DNA from: Takakia lepidozioides
Taxonomy: Eukaryota > Plantae > Bryophyta
Length of the DNA stretch: 64,000 nucleotides
Direction of reading: 5' to 3'
Assembly: GCA_030704615.1 (NCBI GenBank)
Contig: CM060731.1
Coordinates: forward strand, 62,620,001-62,684,000
In this document: in pieces, positions 1-11,012 of the stretch
Layout: every line of letters begins with the position of its first letter
Position numbering within the stretch: the stretch's first letter is position 1
Program-made: the position numbers and the translations under genes
The notes under the pieces: generated by a model
Told to the model about the DNA's origin: nothing
The model's database searches: none
What the model saw: only the letters and a program-made list of their open reading frames with translations

Positions 1-174
1 CGACACGACTTAAGCTCCGTCTCATGCATGAAATGCAGACGTCGTTATCCGGAGACTCGGATCGCCCACCAGTGAGAGATTCGTGCTTCGCGGATGTGAA
101 GCACTCCATACGCAATATTCCTTTGACACCTTTGTTTTGGCGTGCAGTGTCTCATGTTTTCCTGTTTGTTTGAC

Positions 175-3100
175 ATGGGAGCTGGGGAGGGATCGCAGGG
201 GGGCGAGGCAACACAGTCAACTTTGGATACTCCTGCCCGGGTGCTGCGCTCACAAGGTGGAAGTGCATCGAGGCAGACGAGTCCTCATTCAACACCTCAG
301 ATATCGCCTCCGAAAAGCCCACCTAGAGTTCGGAAGCCGAGAAAGCAGAAGGAGCCCATGGCTTCGCCAGTAAAACCCCTAGGGAGACTGGAAGCGGAGG
401 TATTGGGTTTGCAGTCAATTTCAGAAAACACAGATGCGGTGGAGGCCGCTGGAGATGTGGGAGTCGGATCTGCAGAAGGGCGGCCCATTCAACTGACAAG
501 GAGAGGACGATAACGTGGTACGACTTGGCGACGATCAGAACCTGCTGGAGCTTGCGGAGGAGCAAAACCTCCAGGACAGTACAGGCTGGTGAGAGGGGAG
601 GGAAGTGACAGAGGTGATACAAGTAAGAAACTGGTGGCGGGTATGCTCATGAGCGCACGAGACATGAACATAGCAAAACAGGTTGCTGGCAGAGACTCAT
701 AGCAACATAGGCCGCGTTTTGGGCTCCATGGTGTATCCCGAGAACCTTAAAGTTCCTTTGTGTCGCATGGTAAGCCTTCCAGTTGTAAGGCAAGCACTGC
801 CAGGGGATATCGATCGACTGACAACTTCAGAGAAGGGTACAGACGGGGTCGGCAGCATTCTACGTTTCCATTGAGAATGACCAGGGTGTCACAAGGGGCC
901 CCACTGCAGAGGAGCTTCAGAATTGGGGCCCCCACTGGCACACTGTTAATGCCGAGTTTGAAGCCTATCTGAAGACTAATCCCACATTCGCACACATGGA
1001 AGGGAAGATGTTCTTCGTTTGGGACGGGAACCACAGGATGCTTGCCTGGACAGAGTACATTGCTGAAATGCATCCGCAAGATATCAGTTGGCATTACATG
1101 GTGGACTGCATTGTCGTGAAGGTGGACGTCAGGGACAGAGGACTGTTGAAGGGTGCCATGGCGGATATAAATCTGTAAGTATACAATTACATCCTTGTGT
1201 ACTGCCTATTGCGGCGCCGAAATAGGCAATGTTCACCACTGTCATGCACTCTATGAATGGAAATTGGATTGCTGTGCCGAAATCATATTTTCATGTTGTT
1301 TTTTTTCTCCATGGCAGGGTAACAGAGAGGGCCTTCGTGGAAACTCATCTGGCACATACGCTCTACAGAGTGCAAGAAGTGGGGACAGCTCCGCTGACGG
1401 ACTTCCAAAAGTCCCTCGATCCCGAGCTGTACAGGAAGTCCCTAGCGAAAGCAGATCGCACCTGGTACCGACCAACACTGGACGCCATGGTGGAGATCCT
1501 CTATTCGGTGAGGTTCATCTCAAATTTCAGTATCAATTTAATGTTATTTGTTGCAGGGATCCGTGGCCTGACTGTATCTGCTGGGTATGGGAATGCAGAC
1601 GAACATCAGGGATGACTTGGCCTATGCCAAAAGGCAGTTCTTTGAGAATGATGCCCCCAACAAGGCGGACGCGTCGATAGAGAGTCATATTGTGCAGGCA
1701 GGGAAGCAATCCCGGACCAAGTACAGGTCCAAACTTGTTAAGCAAGTTGCAATCGCTGACCCTGGTCTTGGTGCCGAGTTCCTGGCGGAGATAGGACTGC
1801 ATTACTCCAGACCCATGAAACCGGAAATGTCCATGGAGAAACTTCATCACATCGCAGTGTCCTGTGTTGAGCCGGCGGAGAAGGTAAGCATGTGTTTATT
1901 CTTGTTTTTGTGACTTCTCGCGATTCTTATGTTGGAGCTCTTGTCTGACCGATGTGAGGTGGCTGCAGACGAGGTGGCTGCGAATCTGGAACGGCCATAC
2001 AAACACGAAGCTGCTGTACCACTTTCCCATCGAGCCAACAGACGACAAAATGAACGACTGGCTCAATGTCATGACTTGGTGGCATCAGGTATAATTTTCT
2101 CCTATTCTGTGTTGGACATCGTCGCAATTTCAAAATCATGAATGTTTTGGAAACCTGCCATGATGCAGGTACTGACCCACGCCCAGGAGCAATTGGACTG
2201 CAACACCACCACTTTCAAGTTACAGATCGACTGGACGAAGCCTGAGACAATGGAGAACTACGTGCAGTCGTGGCGAGGGCGCTTCGCAAACCTCTTTTTC
2301 AGAGAAATTGCAAAGGCAAGACGCAGCGTATACATCGAAGAGCAGGAGGGTGCCGACAAAGCGGCAATGCGTGTCCTGTTCAGGTAATCTGCTGACAATG
2401 CATCCCCCTATTTGCAGTTTAGATGATTTGGTTAAGCAGCGATGGATATTGCGGCCGAAATATACCTCTGCAAGATGTGAGTTCTGGGTAATTGGGGCAC
2501 GGTCCACTCCGTATTTCGGTGCCGAAATACCTTGTGCATTGACAACTTCCACTTGCATGATGCATCGGTAGAATGATTTTTGTTGAACTGCCTCGTGATT
2601 GCAGGTACATAAACTTTGCACTCATTCCGTCCGGAGCCATTCAAAGGGTTCCACCATTCTTCCCTGGCGTGGAGGACACCTGGAGGTCGTGGAACGATGT
2701 ACACAGAAGTAATGGCGAAGGAGTGGCATGCCGAGCATTTGGTAAACTGCCCCTGGTATGTGGATCTCCCAAGTGGGACCGTTGACCTCTCGGAGGTTAA
2801 CTTGAAGAAGGAAGCGAATGCCAGGGCTATGAAGGCGCAATCGGATCCCCAACCAGAGGACGCGGAAAGACTGAAAGCAGAGGAGGCAGCCAAGCAGAAA
2901 GCACTGAGAAAGTCAGCCAAGGCGGCAGCGTTGGCGAAGGAGCAGATGGAGAAGCAGGCAGCTGAGCAGCCCAAGGACAGGAAGAAAAGAACGCGCAAAC
3001 AGGGGCAAGAGACGAAGACCCCCACACCCAAGAAGAAGAAGCAGCAAAACAGTCAGCCAGATGAGGAGGATTCGACGACGATTTCCAGCAGGAAAACACC

Positions 3101-5052
3101 CAGGGGGCCACACTCGTCCGAAAATTCACAAGGGCCAGCGCTCCGGGGGGTCGGCTGCGAAGAGATCACTATACGAGGATGCACCTGGCAGACCCTACCG
3201 TGCGGTGCAGATTGCGGGCAGGGAAGTCCTCAAAACACCCACAATTGTGGAGTGTGTTAATGAAAATTTCCTAACTGCTCTGACCAGAAGGCTGGAGATA
3301 ACGAGTTTGAGGAAGGCGATCGAGGCCCACCAGGGGAAGGGGAAGAGGAAGGCCACTGGCAATGATATGGAGGACACTCCTGGCTACACAAAGATGATGG
3401 AGTATTTTGTGGCGATGAGCCACGGCAAAAAGAGCACAGTCGGGGGCAGGGCGGTGAAAGCCTCCATCGACATGATCCTTGTGGATATCCCGGATGGGCA
3501 GGAGATACTGGGGCTGGGCTCAGTTCCCTGGTGGAACAAGTACGACGAACGATACTGGAGCCACACATTCGGGTTCGCAGCCAACATGTTGGACGACGTT
3601 GGCTGTGTTGTTGTGCTAGCAGCCGATGGAGAAGTCACTGAGAATGATATCAAAGTATGGACGGGGAGAAGTGCAGCACCCATCCTGAAAAAGATCTGGA
3701 CTTGCATCAACACGCAGGGTCTTCTCAACGATGGCCAGAAGGTATGCTGTGGTTCTCCTCTGCTATGTCAATTTCTGGCCAAATTGCCCCTGTACATGTA
3801 GGCCACCTCTGACGTTTTCATTTCCTTCTCTGCAGACTCTTATCTTTCAGGCATTTTGCTTCGTGAAGGAACATTCGAAATTCAAATTACGTGAAGCAGG
3901 AAGACTTGTTGATTCCACAGTTGATCCACTGGAGTATAACGTCCTGTTCAACCATGTGGGAGAGAAGGACATTCTTTGTGATTTGTCGGGCAAGCCATGG
4001 AGGTATGGCAGGACCAGGAGTCCTGCATTCATCCAGACGCTCATGGAAACGTGTACGGATGTTGAAGGCAGGGTCCTTGACGTCACTGCAAATACAGGTG
4101 AGAACGTTAATTGAATGCGGCACCGAAATTGACACCATTTCCGTTTCTGTATGTTTGCTTGTGCGAGGAAGCGACTCATTCTTGAGTTTGGCTGTGGTTG
4201 TCGTATGAATTCGCAGGTGCCTGTATGTGGGCGGGAAGGATGTCGAACCGATTTGTGTTCTCATTTGAGGGGGATACGGCCTTGTACGATTACAATTTGG
4301 CGGGCCTTCAGCGTCTGCCTCCGACTGAGGATCCCAAAAACGCAGAAGAGGACGTGGAAGGAGAGGAGGAAGATGAAGAGGAGGAAGTCCGGGAAATTCG
4401 TTCGATGCAGGGGCGCCCGAAGCCGCTTCCCCCAATGCCTGTCTTCGAGTGAGTTGCACCATAGTAAGTGTATTGGTTTCGGTTGTAGGGACCATGCAAC
4501 CTGCCGATGATTCCCTGTTTGAATTCTCTAATGTACTTCATTCTATGTTTGTGCGTACACTCAGCCTTGCAGAGTCGTCCGACGAGGAAGAGAAGCTGGG
4601 AGCCTTGCTCAAATCGGACCCTGTTGCAAGAGGAGGAGACAGAATCGCATCGGCCATTCTTTGCCAGAAAATCGTTTCTCGCGAGTCCCCCAGAGCCCTT
4701 TTTTCTACCAGCGTATGCAGACACGGCTGCCAAAGAAGCCATCAGGAGGGAGGATAGGCCTACTCGTTTAGAGCAATTGACATACGGGAATGAGCAGAGA
4801 ATTATAATGAGGCGTGAGGCCAAACATAGAATTGTGAAAGGCAGAGTAGGGAAGTTCGTAATAGAATCCGCGTCCGAGAGCGAGGGGAATGTCGAGGAGA
4901 CTTCCGCACCCAGGTGGACAGTTCCGGCTGGTGAGGATGGTATTTTTGAGGGGAGGGCTTCTCAGAGTAACAGCGGTAGCGGCAGTGCAGGTTCGGAGGC
5001 AGGTGGAAGGCAGCCATCCTTGCATGAGGGCGGGATGCATCGGACATTGTAG
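175..5052 (+). CDS. Multi-exon gene: ParB/Srx-like domain + helical region + Lys-rich linker + beta-class N4/N6 amino-DNA-methyltransferase-like domain (several 1-bp frameshifts)
   Basis: Phase-consistent GT-AG exons: 175-1174 (frameshifted), 1318-1507, 1599-1883, 1969-2088, 2169-2383, 2605-3741 (frameshifted), 3836-4097, 4217-4448, then about 4573-5052 (last junction less certain). Motifs: FFVWDGNHRMLAW (DGNHR at 1023-1037, ParB-type DGxHR); SIDMILVDIPDG (DIPDG at 3484-3498, at the motif IV DPPY position); spliced RSPAFIQTLMETCTDVEGRVLDVTANTG|ACMWAGRMSNRFVFSFEGD, which matches the KP..L...LI...T..GD.VLDPFxGSGTT..AA...GR.FIG.E pattern (motifs X-I-II). Confidence 0.8.
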
Positions 5053-5530
5053 ATCCTCATCCATAGCAAAGTCTCATTTGGATCCTTTTGTTGTACAGTT
5101 CTGAAACACATAATGAATATATTGACGATTTGAAAAATCATTGTGTTCAGACTGCTTGTCCATTCCCTACATTTCTTCCGCCAACCAAAATCTATAATAA
5201 AAGCAGAAGAGACGCAAACTTCAGTGAAGAACCCTACAAGTAATTTATGCACACCATCGACCCGGGAACTTGAAGCCATGAAAACCCTGCCGTTTCTAAC
5301 ATTCCTATTGGGAAATTTGGCGCCGAAATAGCCCAGTTTGCGCCTTCGTTATATGGGCCTCAAAATTCCACGGATGAATTACTGCACCAAAATATTGCGA
5401 TGGAAGCCTTCAGCACAAGGCACTTCACCACATTCCACTTGGGTATTTCGGCGCCGAAATTGCCCGTTCTGCGCCATTAAATACCGCACTATATCACATT
5501 TTAAGAGGTAATTTCGGTGCCGAAATACCC
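1203..5530. repeat. Dispersed 16-bp palindrome ATTTCGG(C/T)GCCGAAAT and variants, about 8 copies in introns and the 3' flank
   Basis: Copies at about 1203-1228 (26-bp near-perfect), 1273, 2446-2463, 2511-2530, 4114-4130, 5314-5330, 5445-5460 (perfect) and 5510-5527. None was seen in exons. Confidence 0.85.
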
Positions 5531-5691
5531 CGTGGATGTCTTCAAAACACCATTTTAGCACACTGCTCTTGGGAATAACGGCGCGAAATTCCTCATTCCG
5601 CATCCTGGACCAGGAGAAACAGACCCTATTACCGAGGTAAGAGGACATAACACCGTCAATAAAGGCAGGAAAATTCCAATTTCCGCGGATG

Positions 5692-5747
5692 TCCGCTCAT
5701 GAGCTCATAGGCTCATAGGCTCATGGGCTCATGCGCTCATGAAATAG
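5692..5747 (+). repeat. Tandem GCTCAT(NN) repeats at the putative right terminus of the ParB-MTase-bearing element
   Basis: ccgctcatgagctcataggctcataggctcatgggctcatgcgctcatgaaatagt. The retrotransposon gag reading frame starts immediately afterwards. Confidence 0.55.
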
Positions 5748-8700
5748 TAAACCTCAATCGAAGGGAGGTCCTTCACACGTCAAGGCGGCACCCGGTGCTT
5801 CGAAAGGAAAAGCGGGTGGAGCGACTTATGGCGGACAGAAGGCGACCTTTGATGGAGTGTGTTTCAATTGCGGGGAGCCCGGCACATGGCCAAGAAGTGC
5901 ACGAAGCCCCGGCAATTGAACATGACTCGGGCGACCACGGAGCTGTCGGAAGATACCATCAGTCGCTTGGTGGAAGCGGTGGTCGCCAGGACTTGCAAGG
6001 TAGGCAAATTTTCTTGTGAGTTGTATCAGGAAACTGGCGCCTTACGAAAAGGGAGTCAGTTATTGTTCGTGGATGGGATAATATCCGGAACTAATGTGTC
6101 GTTGTTGGTGGACACAGGAGCGTCGCACTCCTTCATGACGCCGGCGGCGGCGCGAAAGTTGGGACTCCCGACAAGTGACGTGGGGGCCTCTATTGAGGTG
6201 CGCTCTGCCAAAGGAGAACCTCAGTTGGCGACAAGGTTGGCGTTTGATGTTCCTCTTCAACTGGGGAGTTGGGAGGGACGTGAGAACTTCACTATCTGCG
6301 AGATCGATGGAGTGGATCTCATTTTGGGAATGACCTTTTTGAGCAAATCCGGAGCGGTCATAGATGGCCGCAAGAGAGTAGTCACGCTGCCATGTGTGAA
6401 TGGTGGCGAGGTTTACGAGTGTCGAAACGCCCAAATCCGTGGGAGGGCGAATAAACCTTCTATCAGCAAAGGAGTGGGCCGTGGAGGAGACACACGAGTC
6501 CCAGTTTTTGCTTTACATTAGAGAAGTGAAAGGAGAAGGCGATGGGAGCCGAGCCCAGATTGGATCAAGGGGATTTTGGAGAAATACCAGGATGTGATGC
6601 CGGAGGATTTACCAAGCGGCTTGCCACCGCGAAGAGGAGTTGACCACAAAATTGAGGTGATACCGGGATCGGAACCGCCTGCCAAGGCGCCCTACCGGTT
6701 GAGCCACAAAGAGTTGGTCGAGCTGAAGACTCAGCTCAAAGATCTAATGTCAAAGGGGTACATCCGGCCGAGTAAGTCACCTTACGGAGCCCCGGTGCTA
6801 TTTGCAGACAAGAAGGATGGGACGCTGCGGATGTGTGTCGATTACAGGGCTCTGAATAAGGTGACTATCAAAAACCGGTACCCTTTGCCAAGGATCGACG
6901 ACCTCTTTCGATCGGTTGGCAGGAGCGAAGTATTTCAGCCGGATCGACTTGCGCTCCGGCTATCACCAAATTCGGGTGGCGGAAGGAGATGAGGAGAAGA
7001 CCGCGTGCAGGACAAGGTATGGTTCATATGAGTTCTTGGTGATGCCTTTTGGGCTCACAATGCACCAGCGACATTTAGCACGCTGATGAACAGCCTTTTC
7101 CAGGAGTGGTTGGATGACTTTGTGATCGTGTACATTGACGACATCTTGGTGTACTCGAAAACAAAGGAGGAGCACCTGGAGCACCTCAAAAGGGTGTTCC
7201 AAAAATTGCGAGAAGGGAAGCTGTATGCCAAAGCTTCAAAGTGCGAATTCGGGGTCACAAAAGTGGAGTTCTTGGGGCACGTGATTACACAGGATGGGAT
7301 CAAAATGGATGACAGAAAGGTGAGGGCGATCTTGGACTGGGAGCCTCCGACTTCGGTCCCGGGAGTGCGATCCTTCCTAGGACTCGCCTCCTATTACCGG
7401 AAGTATGTGAGAAATTTCGCCAAGATCGCGGGGCCGCTGTCGGACCTTCTGTGTAAATCCAAAGTCTGGGTATGGAACACATTTTGTGGCCAAGCTTTTG
7501 CTGAATTGAAGCAGCGGATGACGGAAGCTCCAGTCTTAAAATCCCGGAGTTCGATCGTCCGTTTGAGATTCATACAGATGCATCGGACTTCGCAATTGGG
7601 GGTGTACTTATGCAAGATGGACGTCCAGTGGCTTACGAAAGTAAGAAACTGAATGAAGTGGAGCGACGGTGGCCGACGCACGAAAAGAGATGAAGGCGGT
7701 GGTACATTGCCTTGAACTCTGGCGCCACTATGTTGGTTCCAACCCAGTGAAGGTGTTCACGGACAATGTCACGGTGAAGTATTTTGCCACGCAGCCCAAG
7801 TTGTCCCCAAAACAACTTAGGTGGCAAGATACTTTGGCGTGTTCGACGTGGATATCCAGTACAAACCGGGACGGACAATGTGGTGGCCGATGCTTTAAGT
7901 AGAAAGCAGCAGCTCTTGTTGGTGTACAAGGGCGAGACGGCGCTCCAAAGGAAGATCCGAAGGCTTGCCGGAAGGATGAGCTGGCAAAGTGCGTGATGCA
8001 GAACTTGAGAATGGGGGTTAAATCGCAGTTCCACTTGCAAAACTGCTCCGGTATAAGCAAAAACGTCTCTATGTGCCAAAGGGAGGGATCAGGGATAGTC
8101 TCTTGAGAGAATGCCATGATAGCCCGCTTGCGGGCCACGGTGGAGCCAAGCGCACTGCGGCACTCTTGAAGAAAGAGTATTTCTGGCCCAACTGAGGGAG
8201 GAGGCAGAGGAGTATGTTAAGACATGCACCACATGCCAACAAAACCGGAGCGAGTATAAAAGCAAGCGGGCTGTTACAACCCTTGCCGATTCCAGAGGGG
8301 ACTTGGGAAAGCGTCTCGATGGATTTCATGACTGCTATGCCGCTGTCAAAAGGATTCGATGCAATCATGGTGGTGGTAGATAGGTTCAGTAAAATGGCCC
8401 ATTTCATCCCCACCAAGGAGACGGCTACTGCGCAGGAGACAGGGCGACTTTACTTCGCCCACGTCTTAAAGCATCATGGAGTCCCGAAGGATATTGTCTC
8501 GGACCGCGATCCAAAGTTTACGAGTAAATTCTGGAGGCACTTTGGAAGAAGATGGGGACGAGGCTGAAGATGAGCACCGCCTTCCGACCTACGACGGACG
8601 GCCAAACGGAAAGAGTGAATTCCGTAGTGAAGCAATTCTTGCGGAATTACGTGTCGGCAGACCAATCAGACTGGATGGAACACTTAGACGCGGCAGAGTT

Positions 8701-9383
8701 CTGTTATAATAACACAGAACACTCCGCGACGGGAGTTTCCCCTTTTGTGTTGGTCTATGGAAAAGCACCTCTGGTGCCGACAAGTTGGGCCGCCCAGGAC
8801 GTTGAGGAACCGGCAGTAGCGGCGGTACTGGAAGAACGCGAGCGTTTGTTGAAACTCGCAAAGTACAACATTGCCAAAGCTAGGAAACGGTATGAAAGGC
8901 AGGCGAATCGGAAGCGGAGGGAAGTGAAGTTTGAGGCAGGCACAGAGGTCTGGTTGAACATCAAGAATTTCGACTACCTCCGGAAATGAGTCCGAAGTTC
9001 GTACCTCCGTATGCGGGTCCCTTTCGCATTCGGAGGGTTATGAATGAGGATGTGTATGAATTGGAGCTGCCAGCAAACAGCAAGGTGCACCCAGTATTCC
9101 ATGTCTCCCTTTTGAAGCCTTACTTCAAAGATGAAGCACGTCCGAATCGGCAGCAAGTGTTGCGTCCGCCACCTATGCTGTTGGATCATGAAAATGAACC
9201 GAGTACGAGGTGGAGGCAATACTTAAGTCGAGGAGGTTCAAGAACCGAGAAACGGAGTTTCTCGTCAAATGGAAGGGCTATCATCTTGTGGAGGCATCTT
9301 GGGTGCGTGCCTCAGAAATGGGAAACGCATCCGAGGCAGTTGCAGCGTTCGAAGGGCGACCTCAAAAGCGGAAGAAGCGTTGA
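5748..9383 (+). pseudogene. gag-pol polyprotein (PR-RT-RH-IN-chromodomain), broken by many 1-bp indels
   Basis: ORF pieces 5859-6521, 6576-6992, 7086-7652, 8214-8567, 8552-8989 and 8986-. Near-identical to the less broken copy at 62256-64000. Confidence 0.9.
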
Positions 9384-9416
9384 TGGGGACATCAACCTTG
9401 GAGCGTGGGGAGGAAA

Positions 9417-11012
9417 TGCATGCTTAGCCCGGTTTAGCTAGCTCAGGAATCCGATTGCAAAAACTTGTATTGTACAAAATTTTGTGATAAAGGAAATGGG
9501 TTCCAAATATTGTGCGTCCTATTTGTGTTTGGAATGGTGATGCATGGTGTGGTTGGCTGGTGTGTAGAATGCATGCTAGCTTACAAAAGTGGGAGAGGTA
9601 AATTGGGTTAATCGTGTGTTTGCGCAGTGCCGAAATCGGGTGACTCCCATCCAAGGGGCAAGGAAACTTGCGCCTTATTTGGGAGTTCAAGTGCTAGTGC
9701 GCACCTGGCGCGTGCGCGTACTATAACTGCGCTACCGAGGGGGTTGCCTTGTAGTGCGGGCTAACGCGGAAGCTACGTGCTTCCGTTCACGTACTATAAT
9801 CGTGTAGCCTCGGGACGAAGTCGTAGTGCGGCTTCGGCGTGTTCCCGTACCTCAGGCCAGCATTCCAAGGCGGACCCAATTGTAGTGATTGGGGCGCACG
9901 GTTGGTTCAAGGTTATCTTCCTAGTCAAAGAGGGTTCCAGGTGAACCCTTGCTCAAGGTGATGCCAAAAGCGGCATCATGAGCGATCGCAAGCAATGTTG
10001 TTGCAGTAAGGCGATTCGATCCTCGGGGAGGATCGTTCCTTGGCCTTGAAGTAGGCCAAGAAGAGTGCACTGGGAGGAGCTGGAGAGGCTCCACCCTTGG
10101 CCGGGACTTGGAGGAAGTCGGCCGAACTAGCTAGTGGAGAGTGGAGTCAAGTGTGGGGTTTGGTTCTTTGCCATGGGACGCCATGGTACGGAAACAAACT
10201 CCTTGATGTGGGACGCCACAACTTGGACGTTCGTTTCTACAAAATGGACAAGTCGATGAGGACATCGACTCCCTGTTGGTAGGGGTGTGTGTCGCGGCCC
10301 TTTGCCTTGAGGGCAGGGGGTCGGGACACATGAGGGGCTGCCCCTATGGTGGGGGCAGCGGCAGCGATAGGTATGGGGGGCTGAAGCACCCTTGAGTGCC
10401 CAAGGCACTCAAGGAGGCGGAGGCGCTCACTAGGTGGAGCCCCGCACACCGGGTTGCGGTGGAGGTGGCTCCACAAGGGGTGTGGTAGCTTAGTGGGACT
10501 TAGTGGGGGTGGCATAGGACTCACCATGGGGTGGAGACCTCGAGGTGGGAGTCGTGGGGAGTCTTGGGACTCATCACGGTCCATTGGGGCCGCGGTGAGT
10601 GGGCCAAGACTCACCGCGACTCACCACCGGGAGTCGAGGGTTTTCGTGGTGGTTCGCCATAAAATGGCATGGCTGGTTATGAAACCCCCGCGGACAGCTA
10701 CAGAAGTATATATAGGGAGTAGTAACCCCGAGAACGGTGCAAGCCCGTTGGTGACCAAAAACTAGTGAGTAAGCGAGCGAGCCGGAAAGCGACCAAAGAG
10801 TGGGGAGCTGTTCCGGACTGCCATCTACCAAAGGGAATTCTCCTAGTCCCAAATAGGTGGAGGGTTTAGAGGGAAGCGGAAGGGGACCGTTATGTCCCGG
10901 TGAGCAGCCGAAACTCCAAGTTGGCCCGGCGGCCAGGTTGGGAGTCAGGCGCGCGCATCAAAGCGAGTAACTATGACTTGAAGGGGAGTTTACCGAACTG
11001 AGGTGTGCGACA
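9417..11012 (+). repeat. 3' LTR of chromovirus copy 1 (about 1.6 kb)
   Basis: Starts with TG right after the purine tract, ends in CA, TATA box at about 10707. It is the reverse-complement match of 60627-62221. Confidence 0.85.

Larger units (their letters stand above)
5748..11012 (+). mobile_element. Ty3/Gypsy chromovirus (Galadriel-like), copy 1, 5'-truncated within gag
   Basis: Domain order: zinc knuckle CFNCGEPGHMAKKC, protease LVDTGAS, RT YIDDIL, RNase H, integrase, chromodomain, PPT (about 9400-9416), 3' LTR ending TGCGACA. Confidence 0.95.

Noticed and set aside
1-5750. Bacterial or phage contamination explaining the ParB-MTase gene
   Set aside because: The gene has multiple phase-consistent spliceosomal introns and is contiguous with plant retroelements.
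10892-11012. A 120-bp LTR (TGTC...GACA after a purine tract)
   Set aside because: The canonical PPT directly follows the pol stop and the TATA box lies upstream of 10892, which favours the 1.6-kb LTR.
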